DNA of 64,000 bases from Thermoanaerobaculia bacterium (GTDB lineage Bacteria > Acidobacteriota > Thermoanaerobaculia > Multivoradales > UBA5704): NCBI GenBank assembly GCA_044226625.1, contig JBGAGQ010000004.1, positions 128,001 to 192,000 of the forward strand, in the 5' to 3' direction. Both the position numbers and the translations under genes were made by a program. Shown here piece after piece: positions 18,872-31,544 of the stretch. Under the pieces are notes generated by a model that was not told the DNA's origin, did not search any database, and saw only the letters and a program-made list of their open reading frames with translations. The first letter of the stretch is position 1; every line of letters starts with the position of its first letter.

Positions 18872-19918
18872 ATGGCCTGCTGTCCGAATCCGCTCCACTG
18901 CATCCTGCCGCCGTACGTCCTCGACCACATGGCCCAGTCGGACGATCCGAAAGTGCGCAAGCTCGCCGTCGAAGCGATCGCCCGGTCGGCCACCCTGCGC
19001 GCCACACGCGTCGCCCTCGCCGACTTTCCGACCGTCGCCTCGCTCGCGGTTCCGGACACGAGGAAGAACCGCGTCGTCTACGACAACAAGAACAACGGCT
19101 CCTCGTTCCTGCCCGGCAAAATCGTCCGCCGCGAGGGCGATCCGAAGTCGAAGGATCCGGCGGTGAACGAAGCCTACGACCACGCCGGCACCACCTGGGA
19201 TTTCTACAAGAAGGTCTTCGATCGCAACTCGCTCGACGACCAGGGGATGACCCTCGTCTCGAGCGTCCACATGGGGAGCCGCTACAACAACGCGTTCTGG
19301 AACGGCCGCCAGATGGCCTACGGCGACGGCGACGGCCAGATCTTCATCCGGTTCACCAAGTCGCTGGACGTGGTGGGACACGAGCTGACCCATGGCGTCG
19401 TCACGTTCACGGCCGATCTCGAGTACCTGAACGAATCGGGTGCGCTCAACGAGCATTTCGCCGACGTCTTCGGCTCGCTGGTCAAGCAGTGGAAGAAGAA
19501 GCAGAAAGCCGACAAGGCCGATTGGCTGATCGGTCCCGACATCATGGGTCCGGCCACGACGGCTCGCGCGCTCCGGACCTTCAAGGACGAGAAGGCCTTC
19601 GTAAACGACTCATGGCTCGGCACCGACCCGCAGCCGAAGCACCTGGCCGACAAGTACAAGGGCACCTCCGACTCGGGCGGCGTCCACATCAACTCCGGCA
19701 TTCCGAACCACGCCTTTTATCTCGTCGCGCGCGCTCTCGGCGGCTACGCCTGGGAGCGGGCGGGCAAGATCTGGTTCGGGACGCTCAAGGCGCTCAGTCC
19801 CACCAGCCAGTTCGCCGACATGGTCGCGATGAGCGTCCAGACCGCGGGCGGGCTCTACGGCGCGGGCAGCACGGAAGAAAAGGCGGTCGCCAAGGCCTGG
19901 AAAGATGTAGGCTTCTAA
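18872..19918 (+). CDS. M4 metallopeptidase, protealysin-like
   Basis: Short propeptide with 'CILPPYVL', YNNAFWNG, HELTH, ESGALNEHFAD, GGVHINSGIPNHAF. Confidence 0.93.
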   Translation: MACCPNPLHCILPPYVLDHMAQSDDPKVRKLAVEAIARSATLRATRVALADFPTVASLAVPDTRKNRVVYDNKNNGSSFLPGKIVRREGDPKSKDPAVNEAYDHAGTTWDFYKKVFDRNSLDDQGMTLVSSVHMGSRYNNAFWNGRQMAYGDGDGQIFIRFTKSLDVVGHELTHGVVTFTADLEYLNESGALNEHFADVFGSLVKQWKKKQKADKADWLIGPDIMGPATTARALRTFKDEKAFVNDSWLGTDPQPKHLADKYKGTSDSGGVHINSGIPNHAFYLVARALGGYAWERAGKIWFGTLKALSPTSQFADMVAMSVQTAGGLYGAGSTEEKAVAKAWKDVGF

Positions 19919-19963
19919 GCCGACGCCCCACTGGATTCCGGGGCGAGCGGAGGACGCCCCCCG

Positions 19964-20296
19964 ATGACGATTCGCAAGATTCGGTTTCGCCAATCGGGGG
20001 GCTTCGCGGGCCTGATCCGCGGCTGCGACCTCGAGCTTTCGTCCCTCGACCCTCGCGAACGGACGAAGCTCGAAAAAGCGGTGGAGAAAAGCGGGCTCAT
20101 CGACGAGCCCTCCGAGGCCGGCGCCAAAACCGGCCGTTCCGCCGCCGCGCGCGATACGGCGCAGCTCGAGATCGAGATCGAGACCTCGTCCGGCGTAATC
20201 CGCCGCGCGCTGGACGAGCTCGATCTACCCCAGCGAGCCGAGCCGCTCGTCTCGCTGCTCCAGGAGCGTTCCCGTCCCCTTCCTCTCGACCCATAG
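19964..20296 (+). CDS. Protealysin inhibitor (emfourin-like)
   Basis: 'IRFRQSGGFAG' and 'ARD' motifs; lies directly after the protealysin-like gene, as is known for this pair. Confidence 0.82.
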   Translation: MTIRKIRFRQSGGFAGLIRGCDLELSSLDPRERTKLEKAVEKSGLIDEPSEAGAKTGRSAAARDTAQLEIEIETSSGVIRRALDELDLPQRAEPLVSLLQERSRPLPLDP

Positions 20297-20305
20297 ATTG
20301 CACCG

Positions 20306-20740
20306 ATGAGCGAGCAGCCCACCGTCCGACCGGCGCGCCTCGACGACGCGCCTTCGATCGCCGCCCTCTCCGACCAGCTGGGCTACCCGACCTCTCCCGA
20401 TCGGATGCGCGAACGGCTGGCCGTGCTGCTCCCTCGCACGGACCAGCAGCTGTTCGCCGCCGAGCGCGAGGGGCAAATCGTCGGCTGGCTCCACGTGGCC
20501 AAGATCGAGATGGTGGAAAGCGACCCGTTCGCCGAGATCTACGGCCTGGTCGTTCGCGACACCGAGCGCGGACGAGGCATCGGCCCCCTCCTGATCCGTG
20601 CCGCGGAAGGTTGGGCAGCCACGCAGGGCTTGCCCAAGGTGCGAGTACGCTGCAACGTAGTCCGCGAACGGACCCATCGCTTCTACGAGCGCGAAGGCTT
20701 CGTCGTGACCAAGTCGCAGAAGATCTTCGACAAGGGCTAA
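20306..20740 (+). CDS. GNAT N-acetyltransferase
   Basis: 'LVV...RGRGIG' acetyl-CoA motif A and 'HRFYEREGF'. Confidence 0.9.
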   Translation: MSEQPTVRPARLDDAPSIAALSDQLGYPTSPDRMRERLAVLLPRTDQQLFAAEREGQIVGWLHVAKIEMVESDPFAEIYGLVVRDTERGRGIGPLLIRAAEGWAATQGLPKVRVRCNVVRERTHRFYEREGFVVTKSQKIFDKG

Positions 20741-20762
20741 GGGACGAAAACGCCCCCGAAGA

Positions 20763-21620
20763 CTAGAGCGGCAGAAGCCGGTACGCCGGTGCCAGGAGTA
20801 CCTTGCCGCGCCGCGCGACGATCAGCGTGTTGCCCCACCCACGGCGCCAGAGCGGGATGGCGCGCAACGCCTTCCTCAGCCAACCGCGCGGCCCGGAAGG
20901 ATCGGGCCGGTGCGGAAGCGATCGGTGCTCCAGAATCTCCATTCCCGCGGCCTTGAGGAAACGGACCATCTGATACGACTGCGCCACGTGGACCGCGTCG
21001 GCGTCCGGCACATAGCCCTCCGAGAGAACCCGCGGCTCGGCGACCGTGTCGAAACGATGACGTCCGTCGACCGCCGAAATCGCCTGGCGCCCTAGCCTCC
21101 GCAAGGCCACTTCCAACCGTCGCTTGGGGTCCAGGCTCGGGGGCATCTCATACGGCAGGTCCCAGGCCGAGCCGACCAGGAGGAGCAGACCTCCCGGCCG
21201 GACGATCCGCGCCGCCTCGAGCAGGGTCCGCCCCGGTTCGGCGAAATGCTCGAGCGCGTAGGTCGAGAGCACCGCGTCGACGCTCTCCGAGGCGAGCGGC
21301 AGGATCTCCCCGTCGCCGCGCAGCCGGAGCGCCACCGGTCGTTTCTTCTCGCCCGCCATGACGAGCGCGGCCGTCGAGACGTCGAAGCCGACCATCCGTA
21401 CGCCTTCGGGCATCCAGAGCGAGTTCTCGCACGAGCCGCAACCGAGGTCGAGAACCACCTGCCCCGGGGCGAGGTACGAGAGAAGCATCCGCCGCTCGAG
21501 CGAGGCCTCGGCGTTCGCCGCCTCGGCCTGCTCGTAGTAGTCGCGGCTCCCGTTCCAGAACTGGTCGAGGCGTCGCTTCGCTTCGGTTGGCGGCGCGGAG
21601 GTCGGTTTGGCGGCGGGCAT
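20763..21620 (-). CDS. Class I SAM-dependent methyltransferase
   Basis: VLDLGCGS, GFDVS, 'GDGEILPLASESVDAV', 'ALEH', 'VRPGG'. Confidence 0.88.
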   Translation of the reverse strand: MPAAKPTSAPPTEAKRRLDQFWNGSRDYYEQAEAANAEASLERRMLLSYLAPGQVVLDLGCGSCENSLWMPEGVRMVGFDVSTAALVMAGEKKRPVALRLRGDGEILPLASESVDAVLSTYALEHFAEPGRTLLEAARIVRPGGLLLLVGSAWDLPYEMPPSLDPKRRLEVALRRLGRQAISAVDGRHRFDTVAEPRVLSEGYVPDADAVHVAQSYQMVRFLKAAGMEILEHRSLPHRPDPSGPRGWLRKALRAIPLWRRGWGNTLIVARRGKVLLAPAYRLLPL

Positions 21621-21670
21621 CGGATCCGAATCCTACCAGGGGGCTGCTACCATCGGCCCGGAGGTTGGCC

Positions 21671-23392
21671 ATGGTTCTCGACTTCGATCGTCTCCTTCGC
21701 CGCAGGTGCTTTCCCGTCGCTCCGGCGGCTCTGGTGGCCGTCCTCTTCGCGCTAACGGCCTGCGTCTCGGGAACGTCCCCCGACGCGGCGAAGACCGCAC
21801 CCAACGGATCCAATACCGCGCCCCCGGCTCGGGCACGAACGGCGGTGCTACTCGCGATCAACGACGTCTATCGGATCGAGGGGGTCGAAGGCGGTCGCCA
21901 GGGAGACCTCGCCCGCGTCCGCGCGCTTCGCCGAGAGCTCGAACGGGAACATCCCGATCTCCTGTTCCTCCATGCGGGCGACCTCCTCTATCCCTCGTTC
22001 GCCAGCCGCATGTACGACGGCGAGCAGATGATCTCGGTGCTCAACCGGCTCGACGGCTCGGACGAGAGCGACCCGCGGATGTTCGTCACCTTCGGCAACC
22101 ACGAGTTCGAGAAGCGGAAGAAGAAGGATGCCGGCATCCTCGCCAGCCGCATCGCCCAATCTCGCTTCACCTGGTTGGGAAGCAACGTGAACCTCGCGCC
22201 CGGCGACGACGGTCGGCCGTTCGCTCCCGTCGGCGCGGTCGAGCGGTCAGTGCTGGTGACCAGCGGAGGAATCCGGATCGGCCTTTTCGGTATCACGATC
22301 CCGACTCCCGAGATCCAATACGCCACGTTCGACCGGCCGAACGAGACCGCCCGGAAGCTCACCGCCGAGCTTCGGCGCGCGGGTGCCGAGGTGGTCGTCG
22401 CGGTCACCCACCTGACCGCGCTCGAAGACCGGGAGATGCTCGAAACCCTCGGCCCCGACGGGCCCGATCTGATCGTCGGCGGACACGACCACGAGAAGAT
22501 GGCGTTCGAGGCCGACGGCCGATGGGTGATCAAGGCCGACGCCGATGCGCGCACCGCCTCGGTGATCACGCTCCGCCTCGACGATCGCCATCGGCTCGAC
22601 GTCTCCTACGAACATCGGCCGCTCGGCGCCGGCCTACCGCGCTCGCCGGAGCCCGACCCGGAGGTCCAGACGTTGGTCGACGGCTGGCAGCGGCGCCACG
22701 AGCGGGAGTTCTGCGCCAAGAAGAACGCTCCGGAGGACTGCCTCGAAGAGGTCTACGGCCGGACGCTCACCGAGCTCGAAGGGGAAGAGAACAAGAGCCG
22801 AGGCCGCGAAACCTCGCTCGGCGATTGGATCGCCGACCGGATGCTCGAGACGTTCGCTCCCTGCGGCGCTCAAGTCGCCTTCCTGAACGCGGGCACCCTC
22901 CGCCTCAATCAAGACCTCGCCGCCGGCAGCACTCTCACCCGCCGACAGGTGGAAGAGCTGATCGGCTTTCCGACCCCCCTCCACCTGATCCGGCTCGACG
23001 GCAGACTGCTGCAGCAGACCGCGGAGCAGTCGGTCTACGGCTGGCCGGGAAGCGGCACCTGGCTCCAGATCGCAGGATGGGCGTTCGTCCATGATGCCGA
23101 AAAGAAAGCGGCGACTGGGCTGGGCCGGCTTACGCCAGACGGCGCGGTCCCGGTTCGATCGGACGACGCGATCCTCGCCGTCACCGGCGATTACCTCGTG
23201 AACCCGGGCATCGGCGATCAGGACGGCTACACCTTTCTCCCCACCGAGGAAGTTCCAGGCTGCCCGGCGAGCGGCAAGGACCTCAAGGACGTGATCATCG
23301 AGGCGCTCCGCGCCACCCCGCAGGGCATCGCGCCCCGCGTCGAAGGAAGGATCTGCCAGGGGGCCGAAGGCCCCTGCCTGGCGAAGCGCTAA
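21671..23392 (+). CDS. Bifunctional metallophosphatase/5'-nucleotidase, probable lipoprotein
   Basis: Lipobox LTAC, INDVY, HAGD, GNHEF, VTH, GGHDH, C-terminal NAGTLR domain; GGAGG RBS before ATG 21671. Confidence 0.9.
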   Translation: MVLDFDRLLRRRCFPVAPAALVAVLFALTACVSGTSPDAAKTAPNGSNTAPPARARTAVLLAINDVYRIEGVEGGRQGDLARVRALRRELEREHPDLLFLHAGDLLYPSFASRMYDGEQMISVLNRLDGSDESDPRMFVTFGNHEFEKRKKKDAGILASRIAQSRFTWLGSNVNLAPGDDGRPFAPVGAVERSVLVTSGGIRIGLFGITIPTPEIQYATFDRPNETARKLTAELRRAGAEVVVAVTHLTALEDREMLETLGPDGPDLIVGGHDHEKMAFEADGRWVIKADADARTASVITLRLDDRHRLDVSYEHRPLGAGLPRSPEPDPEVQTLVDGWQRRHEREFCAKKNAPEDCLEEVYGRTLTELEGEENKSRGRETSLGDWIADRMLETFAPCGAQVAFLNAGTLRLNQDLAAGSTLTRRQVEELIGFPTPLHLIRLDGRLLQQTAEQSVYGWPGSGTWLQIAGWAFVHDAEKKAATGLGRLTPDGAVPVRSDDAILAVTGDYLVNPGIGDQDGYTFLPTEEVPGCPASGKDLKDVIIEALRATPQGIAPRVEGRICQGAEGPCLAKR

Positions 23393-23422
23393 CGCCTGAA
23401 CGCGTGAAGAGGGCGGGAAAGG

Positions 23423-24322
23423 CTACCGCCCGCCACCCCGGTACACCTCGGCCCATCCTTTCGCGCTTCGCTCGAAGATCGAGAAGCGGACCGCGGTGGT
23501 CGAGAAGCGGCGGACGATCAGCTCGTAGGAGCCGTCGCGGTCGAGGTCGGCCGAGGCGAAGAACTCGGAGTCGAAGAAGCCTTCGCCGCTCGAACCAAGC
23601 AGCTTGGTGTCCTTCATGAGCTCCGTCACTTTCGGCGTGTCGGCGATCGGCAGGGTGTCGAGCTTGCGGAAGGAGACCAAGAGCCGCTGCCCCTGGTGGA
23701 ATTCGAGGTCCTCGGGCGCGAGACGGAACGATCCGAGCCCGGCACCCGACGGGGACGGCTCCCAGGAAGCGATTTTCGCGCTCCCCACCTGCCGCCCCTC
23801 GTTGTAGAGGTAGACCGTCCGGCCCGGTCGCAGGATCCAGTTGCCGAGGAACGAGTAGATCGGATCGCCGGACTGGTCGACCAAGTGGTTGCCGCTCATC
23901 ACGGTCGCAACGTAATCGGCCGGGCTCTCCGGGTCGCGCGCGAGATGGAGTGCCCAGATCACGTCGTAGCGGCGGACGATCTTCGCCATCCGCTTCTCGA
24001 CCTCCGCCTCGGAAAGGAACTCGACGTCCGCCTCGGTGAACCCGGAGTGAGCGGCCCGGTGCATGCCGTCGACCAGATAGAGCCATGGGGCGCGCACGGC
24101 GACCATCTCCCCTTCGCCGGCCTGGAAGTTCCGGCCGCTCTCACCCTCCACGTCGAAGGGAAGAGCGCGCGTGAGCCGGGCGAGCCGCACCGGCGGTGTT
24201 TCGATCGCCGCGGGGGGCGTCGCGGGGATCGCCGGGGTGGGTGGCTCCGCCACGGCCGGCCATGAGGAGCCGAACGCCAGGCACCAGGGAACGAAGAGCG
24301 AGAAGAATGAAGCGCGTCGCAT
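23423..24322 (-). CDS. Secreted hypothetical protein with a DxDxDG Ca-binding-like motif
   Basis: Signal peptide, Pro-rich linker, C-terminal 'ADLDRDGSYELIV'. Confidence 0.65.
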   Translation of the reverse strand: MRRASFFSLFVPWCLAFGSSWPAVAEPPTPAIPATPPAAIETPPVRLARLTRALPFDVEGESGRNFQAGEGEMVAVRAPWLYLVDGMHRAAHSGFTEADVEFLSEAEVEKRMAKIVRRYDVIWALHLARDPESPADYVATVMSGNHLVDQSGDPIYSFLGNWILRPGRTVYLYNEGRQVGSAKIASWEPSPSGAGLGSFRLAPEDLEFHQGQRLLVSFRKLDTLPIADTPKVTELMKDTKLLGSSGEGFFDSEFFASADLDRDGSYELIVRRFSTTAVRFSIFERSAKGWAEVYRGGGR

Positions 24323-24389
24323 CGGCCGGCGGATCCTCGAGCAAGTTTCGAGGACAAACTACCATCGAAGCCGTTTCGGCGGAGCGCCC

Positions 24390-26249
24390 TCATCTCGACG
24401 CGCGGCTCTCGATGTATCGGGCGAGGTCGGCATCCCCCTCGGGCTCGGGGAAAATCCGGTTGCACCGTCGGCGCTGCTGCCACGCGCCATCGATGTCGCC
24501 CCGATGCGCGATCACGATCGCCAGATTGCGGCAGGCGATCAGGGCGTGCGGATCCTTTTCCAGAGCGTTCCGAAGCAGCCCCTCGGCGCGAGGTCCATCC
24601 CCTTCGTCCATCGCCTCTCGCGCCTTGGACATCAGTTGGTAAAGGCTCTGACTCCTTCGGACCGGAAGCGCCGGAACGACCGGCGAATCCGCACGGACGA
24701 GCATGGCGCCGACGAAATCCTCGGCGACCTTGCGCCAACGTCCCGTGGCGAGCAGCGCATCGACCTGTCCGACCCAGGGCAGCTGGGGGGTCTCCGTCGT
24801 GGGCCAGAGGAAGAACCGCGCTCCCGAGCGTTCGACCACCTGGATCCAGTCGCCGCGCCCGTATTGGACCCGCCGGTACGCTTCGTACGTCGGCCCGTCG
24901 AAGACGGTATCCGCCCGGCTGTCGATCGCGACCGGCAGGCGGCCGTCGGTCCGCCAATGGAGGTAACCACCCCATCCGAAATAGGCGTAGACCGGGCCGC
25001 TCCAGCCCGCCCGCTCGGCACGGTCCATCACATCCACCGGAAAGGACTCCTCCCCCACCAGCAGGGCGAATGTACCCGGGCCGAAGGGATAGCGGGCGAG
25101 GCAGGCCGCCAGGATCACACACAAGCCAACCGGAACGCCCAAAAGGAGAAATCCGGGCCGCGGAGCAGTCACCTTGCGGCGCGGCGAGGCCTGCGGGTCG
25201 GCGCGAAAGACCTCCGCCAGGAGCAGGGCCGCGCCGATGCCGAACAGGGGAAGGAAGCGGGAGGCCCGGAGAGCCATGCCGCAGGTGAGAAGCGACAGCC
25301 CAAGAGCCGCCCAGAGCGGCCGGAGGACCGGCAAGGGCACCCGACCCCGGAGGCGCCAAAGCGCGGCGACGAGGATCGCGCAATATCCGGTGAGAACGAG
25401 GGGAAAAGCCGGAACTCCGATCCCGTCGGGCGAGAAGGGTGACAACCATTCCTGGAGCGAGTGGAAAGGCGAGGAGGAGGCCGCGAAGCGCCAAGGGAGA
25501 AGAAATTGGTAGATCGGCTCCGGATGGATCAAGGTCGCGAGGAACGCCGGCAGGAGGTAGGACCCGAGCTCCAGCGCGGCCGCGAGGGCGCGAGTGCGTC
25601 GTAGAGGTTTGGGCTCCCGCGCGACCGCTACGAGGGCCTCGGCTCCGAGGAGCACGGCGAGCGCGGCGAGCCCGAACGGCGCGCTCCGGTGAAGGTTCGC
25701 CCAGAGGACGAACAACACCCCCAAGGCAATCCGGCCCCGGGAAGTCGAACGCGATTCCGACCGCCACCAGGTCAATAGGAGGACGAACGCCAGAAGGCTC
25801 AAAAGGTGGGGGCGCAGCTCGACAAACGGCTGGACCATAGCCAGCGCCGCGATGGAACCGAGCGCGGCGACGGCAAATCGACCGCTTTCGCGCCAGAGGA
25901 GACGGAAGAGCAGCACGTAGGTCGCCGCGAGGGTCAGCTGCAGCCAGATCCAGAGATTCTCGGTCCCCAGGGAATGGGACCAAGCGTAGAGCAGCAGATC
26001 GGCCAGCCATTCGTGGTTGTGCCAGATCCGCGTGAGCGGCGGGAACGAGAAGGGATCGAGGCTCGCCATCTCGCCGGAGATCCAGATCCTTCGCCCCGCG
26101 GCGAGGTGCCACCAGAGGTCGGCGTTGCGCATGGGGTGGGAGGAGACGAGCAGCGCGGCGAGGAGGGCCGCGACGTGCCATGCCAGGGTCGTGAAGCTAC
26201 GGAGGAGCGTGTCCTCGCCGGGTTTCCGGCCGAGGGGACGGGTCGACAT
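24390..26249 (-). CDS. Polytopic membrane protein, GT-C-like glycosyltransferase with C-terminal TPR
   Basis: 'DLWWHLAAGRRI...DPFSF...NHEWL', 'LRPH', 'LWANLH', 'WGGYL', 'IDSRAD', many TMs. Start uncertain (26249-26279). Confidence 0.75.
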   Translation of the reverse strand: MSTRPLGRKPGEDTLLRSFTTLAWHVAALLAALLVSSHPMRNADLWWHLAAGRRIWISGEMASLDPFSFPPLTRIWHNHEWLADLLLYAWSHSLGTENLWIWLQLTLAATYVLLFRLLWRESGRFAVAALGSIAALAMVQPFVELRPHLLSLLAFVLLLTWWRSESRSTSRGRIALGVLFVLWANLHRSAPFGLAALAVLLGAEALVAVAREPKPLRRTRALAAALELGSYLLPAFLATLIHPEPIYQFLLPWRFAASSSPFHSLQEWLSPFSPDGIGVPAFPLVLTGYCAILVAALWRLRGRVPLPVLRPLWAALGLSLLTCGMALRASRFLPLFGIGAALLLAEVFRADPQASPRRKVTAPRPGFLLLGVPVGLCVILAACLARYPFGPGTFALLVGEESFPVDVMDRAERAGWSGPVYAYFGWGGYLHWRTDGRLPVAIDSRADTVFDGPTYEAYRRVQYGRGDWIQVVERSGARFFLWPTTETPQLPWVGQVDALLATGRWRKVAEDFVGAMLVRADSPVVPALPVRRSQSLYQLMSKAREAMDEGDGPRAEGLLRNALEKDPHALIACRNLAIVIAHRGDIDGAWQQRRRCNRIFPEPEGDADLARYIESRASR

Positions 26250-26491
26250 CGCCAAGAGAGAATCCCTCCTCTCGCCCACCTCGATGAAGGTCGAGGATCG
26301 GCCTTGGAGCGAAACCGTTCGTCCCGCGGACGGCGCGGGAGGTCGGATCGAATCGGCTTCAAAGCGATTGGCGTAGAGCAGAAGAACTTCGAATCACCGA
26401 AACGGCGCGGGGAGCGCCGTGCCTTCCACGGTCGAACGCTCCGCGGCGCGCCTACCTCACGCAGCCGAAGGGAACCCTGTGGACGGCGCCC

Positions 26492-26917
26492 TTACCTCTC
26501 GGCGTCCAGGACGACGCTTTCGAGCAGACCGGTGCCCTGCCCGAGACCGAGCCGGAGATCACCCCAGGGATAGGCGTAGACCTGATAGCGCGGTGAGTTC
26601 GGCGGCTGCTGGGCGTTCGGGAACTGGACGTTGAACCTCGCGCCGAAACGGGCGGTCAGCTCGGCTTGGCGGAGGCCGACCGAGGAGGAATCGAGATCGA
26701 CGATCAACAAGCCGTCCCGCCGAGTGGCACCGGGGCGGGGCAGCCGCAGCTCGACGCCGACGACCGGCGGTCGCGTCGAGGCGGATCGAAGAATCGTAAA
26801 GTAAGGATTCGTTGTGGAGAGGTCCTCACGCAGACGAACGCCCGTAGTTCGCTCGACTCCCCATTGGGAAAACGGCCGGGAGTCGATCAGTCGGGCGATG
26901 AGATCGAGCACCTCCAT
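26492..26917 (-). CDS. Hypothetical protein (resembles toxin-immunity-like proteins)
   Basis: 141-aa ORF just after ppdK; 'NPYF', 'VELR', 'YPWGDLRLG...LESVVLD'. Resemblance is from recall only. Confidence 0.65.
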   Translation of the reverse strand: MEVLDLIARLIDSRPFSQWGVERTTGVRLREDLSTTNPYFTILRSASTRPPVVGVELRLPRPGATRRDGLLIVDLDSSSVGLRQAELTARFGARFNVQFPNAQQPPNSPRYQVYAYPWGDLRLGLGQGTGLLESVVLDAER

Positions 26918-26934
26918 CCGGAGCGGGTTCCTCG

Positions 26935-29661
<2,727 letters not shown>

Positions 29662-29753
29662 CGCGTCTCCTTCCCCTTCGGTCCAGCTCGCAATCTAGGC
29701 CGAATCATAGCGTTCCCGCCCCGCACGACAAGGTGGGGCGAGAGGCCTCCGGG

Positions 29754-30836
29754 CTAGACTCGCATCAAGACGGATCCCCAGTGGAGCCCCGCGCCGAGCG
29801 CGGTCAAGGCGACCAACGCGCCCTCGGGCGCTTTCCCCGCCTGCCGGGCTTCGTGAAACGCGAGGGGCAACGTCGCCGACGTCGTGTTGCCGAATTTCTG
29901 AATGTTGTTCCAGACCTTCGCGTCCGCGAGGCCCAGGGCTTTCTGCGACGCCTCGTTGATCCGCAGGTTCGCCTGATGCATCACGAGCAGGTCGAGGTCG
30001 TCGAGCGTGTAGCCGTGCCTGGCGAGCACCTCCCGCGTCACCTCCGGCATGCGGGTGACGGCGAGCTTGAACACCGCTTTGCCGTCCATCACCGGCACCG
30101 TCTTCGCCGCGGCGATCATCTCCGCGGTGACGAACGGCCGGTTCGCCGAGCCACCGCCCGGGACGAACAGGATGTCCTTGTGGTTGCCGTCGCCGTAGAG
30201 CGCGGAGCCCAGGATGCCGCGCTCGGCTTCGCCTTCCTTTTTCTCCCAGGCGCGAAAGACCATCGCCCCCGCGCCATCCCCGAACAGGACGAGCAAGTGG
30301 CGGAAGTTCGAGTTCCAGGCGAAATCTTCCGCCGAGAGCGGGCCCGGATCGCGGCCGTGGAGGACCTCGAACGTGCGCTCGGAAAACGGCATCAACGACG
30401 TGTGGACGTCGGTGCCGACGAGGAGCACGGTCTTGGCGAGCCCGCCCCGAATCAGGGCGTCGACCAGCTGCAGGCCGTACGCGAAACCGGCGCATTGCTG
30501 CCGGATGTCGAGCGTCGGCAGCGCCTTCAATCCGAGCTTCTGCTGGATCAGCGTCGCCGATCCAGGGAAGTAGTGATCGGGGGTCATCGTCGCGCAGACC
30601 AGGTAGTCGACTTCCGCGAGATCGATTCCGGAATCCTGGATGGCCGCGCGCGCCGCCTCGACACCCAGATCGGACGACCCGACTCCGGGGTCGACGTAAT
30701 AGCGGGTCTTGATGCCGCTCCTTTCGCGGATCCATTCGTCGCTCGTCTCGATGATCCGAGCGAGCATGTCGTTGGTGATCTCGTGGGGGGGAATCGCCAC
30801 ACCGGTTCCGGCGAGGACGGCGCGGTACTCGGGCAT
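29754..30836 (-). CDS. fabH: 3-oxoacyl-ACP synthase III (FabH-like)
   Basis: Catalytic triad QQCAGF / HQANLRI / GNTTSA; ETSDEWIRERSGI; FGDGAGA. Confidence 0.88.
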   Translation of the reverse strand: MPEYRAVLAGTGVAIPPHEITNDMLARIIETSDEWIRERSGIKTRYYVDPGVGSSDLGVEAARAAIQDSGIDLAEVDYLVCATMTPDHYFPGSATLIQQKLGLKALPTLDIRQQCAGFAYGLQLVDALIRGGLAKTVLLVGTDVHTSLMPFSERTFEVLHGRDPGPLSAEDFAWNSNFRHLLVLFGDGAGAMVFRAWEKKEGEAERGILGSALYGDGNHKDILFVPGGGSANRPFVTAEMIAAAKTVPVMDGKAVFKLAVTRMPEVTREVLARHGYTLDDLDLLVMHQANLRINEASQKALGLADAKVWNNIQKFGNTTSATLPLAFHEARQAGKAPEGALVALTALGAGLHWGSVLMRV

Positions 30837-30923
30837 CGGAATCGAATCTCCTTGCGTAGGCGTTGCTTGGGCGCCGATCCTACCAGCATGGCGCTCCGGC
30901 CCGGCGAGGAGTGATGGGCGGCC

Positions 30924-31544
30924 TCAGCCCGGTGGGCGCCGCTGCGGACGGACGGGGGCGCGGCCAGGGGCGAACGGCACCGTGAGCCCCCCCTGCTTGA
31001 TGAAGCGGAAGTTGCCGAACGGTTTCTTGCCGTCCAAACCGTAGGAAGATTTCTCGTCGTAGTGCCAAACCTCGAGCGCCTGGTTGCCGCGCACCGAGGT
31101 CATGTCGAAGTCGATCTTGGCGGGCGCCCCGTAAAGCACGAAGAGCGCTCCGCGGGCTGTATGCCGGCCGAGGATGCCCGCCTCGGAATAGAGACGATCC
31201 GCCTCTTCCGAACGGGCGTCGAACACTTCGCGAGCGGGATTGCCTTCGCTGCCCGGGCTGATATCGCGCCGCTTCCAGAACGACTCGATGAATACGGCGG
31301 CCGACTCGTCGTTCTTCAACGCGAGGAACTCGTCGATCTCGCCATCGCTCGCCATGCGCGAAATCGCCCCGAGCATCCAAGCCGCGTAGTCGGGTCCGAG
31401 CAGCGGGTTGGTGAGGTCCTCGTAGCGTCGAGGCTTCGGTTTCGAAGCCCCCGGGGCCGGCGCGGCGCAGATCCCGAGCCAGGCGATCAGCCCCCCAGCA
31501 CAGAAGAGGCCACAGAGCAGCCGGCGGGACGACGGCAGGTTCAC
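30924..31544 (-). CDS. GWxTD-domain-like exported protein
   Basis: 'FIESFWKRRD..P....N', 'GRHTARGALFVLYGAP' (variant of GWxTDRG..Y..YG.P), 'EVWHY'; GTG overlaps the folE stop. Confidence 0.75.
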   Translation of the reverse strand: MNLPSSRRLLCGLFCAGGLIAWLGICAAPAPGASKPKPRRYEDLTNPLLGPDYAAWMLGAISRMASDGEIDEFLALKNDESAAVFIESFWKRRDISPGSEGNPAREVFDARSEEADRLYSEAGILGRHTARGALFVLYGAPAKIDFDMTSVRGNQALEVWHYDEKSSYGLDGKKPFGNFRFIKQGGLTVPFAPGRAPVRPQRRPPG

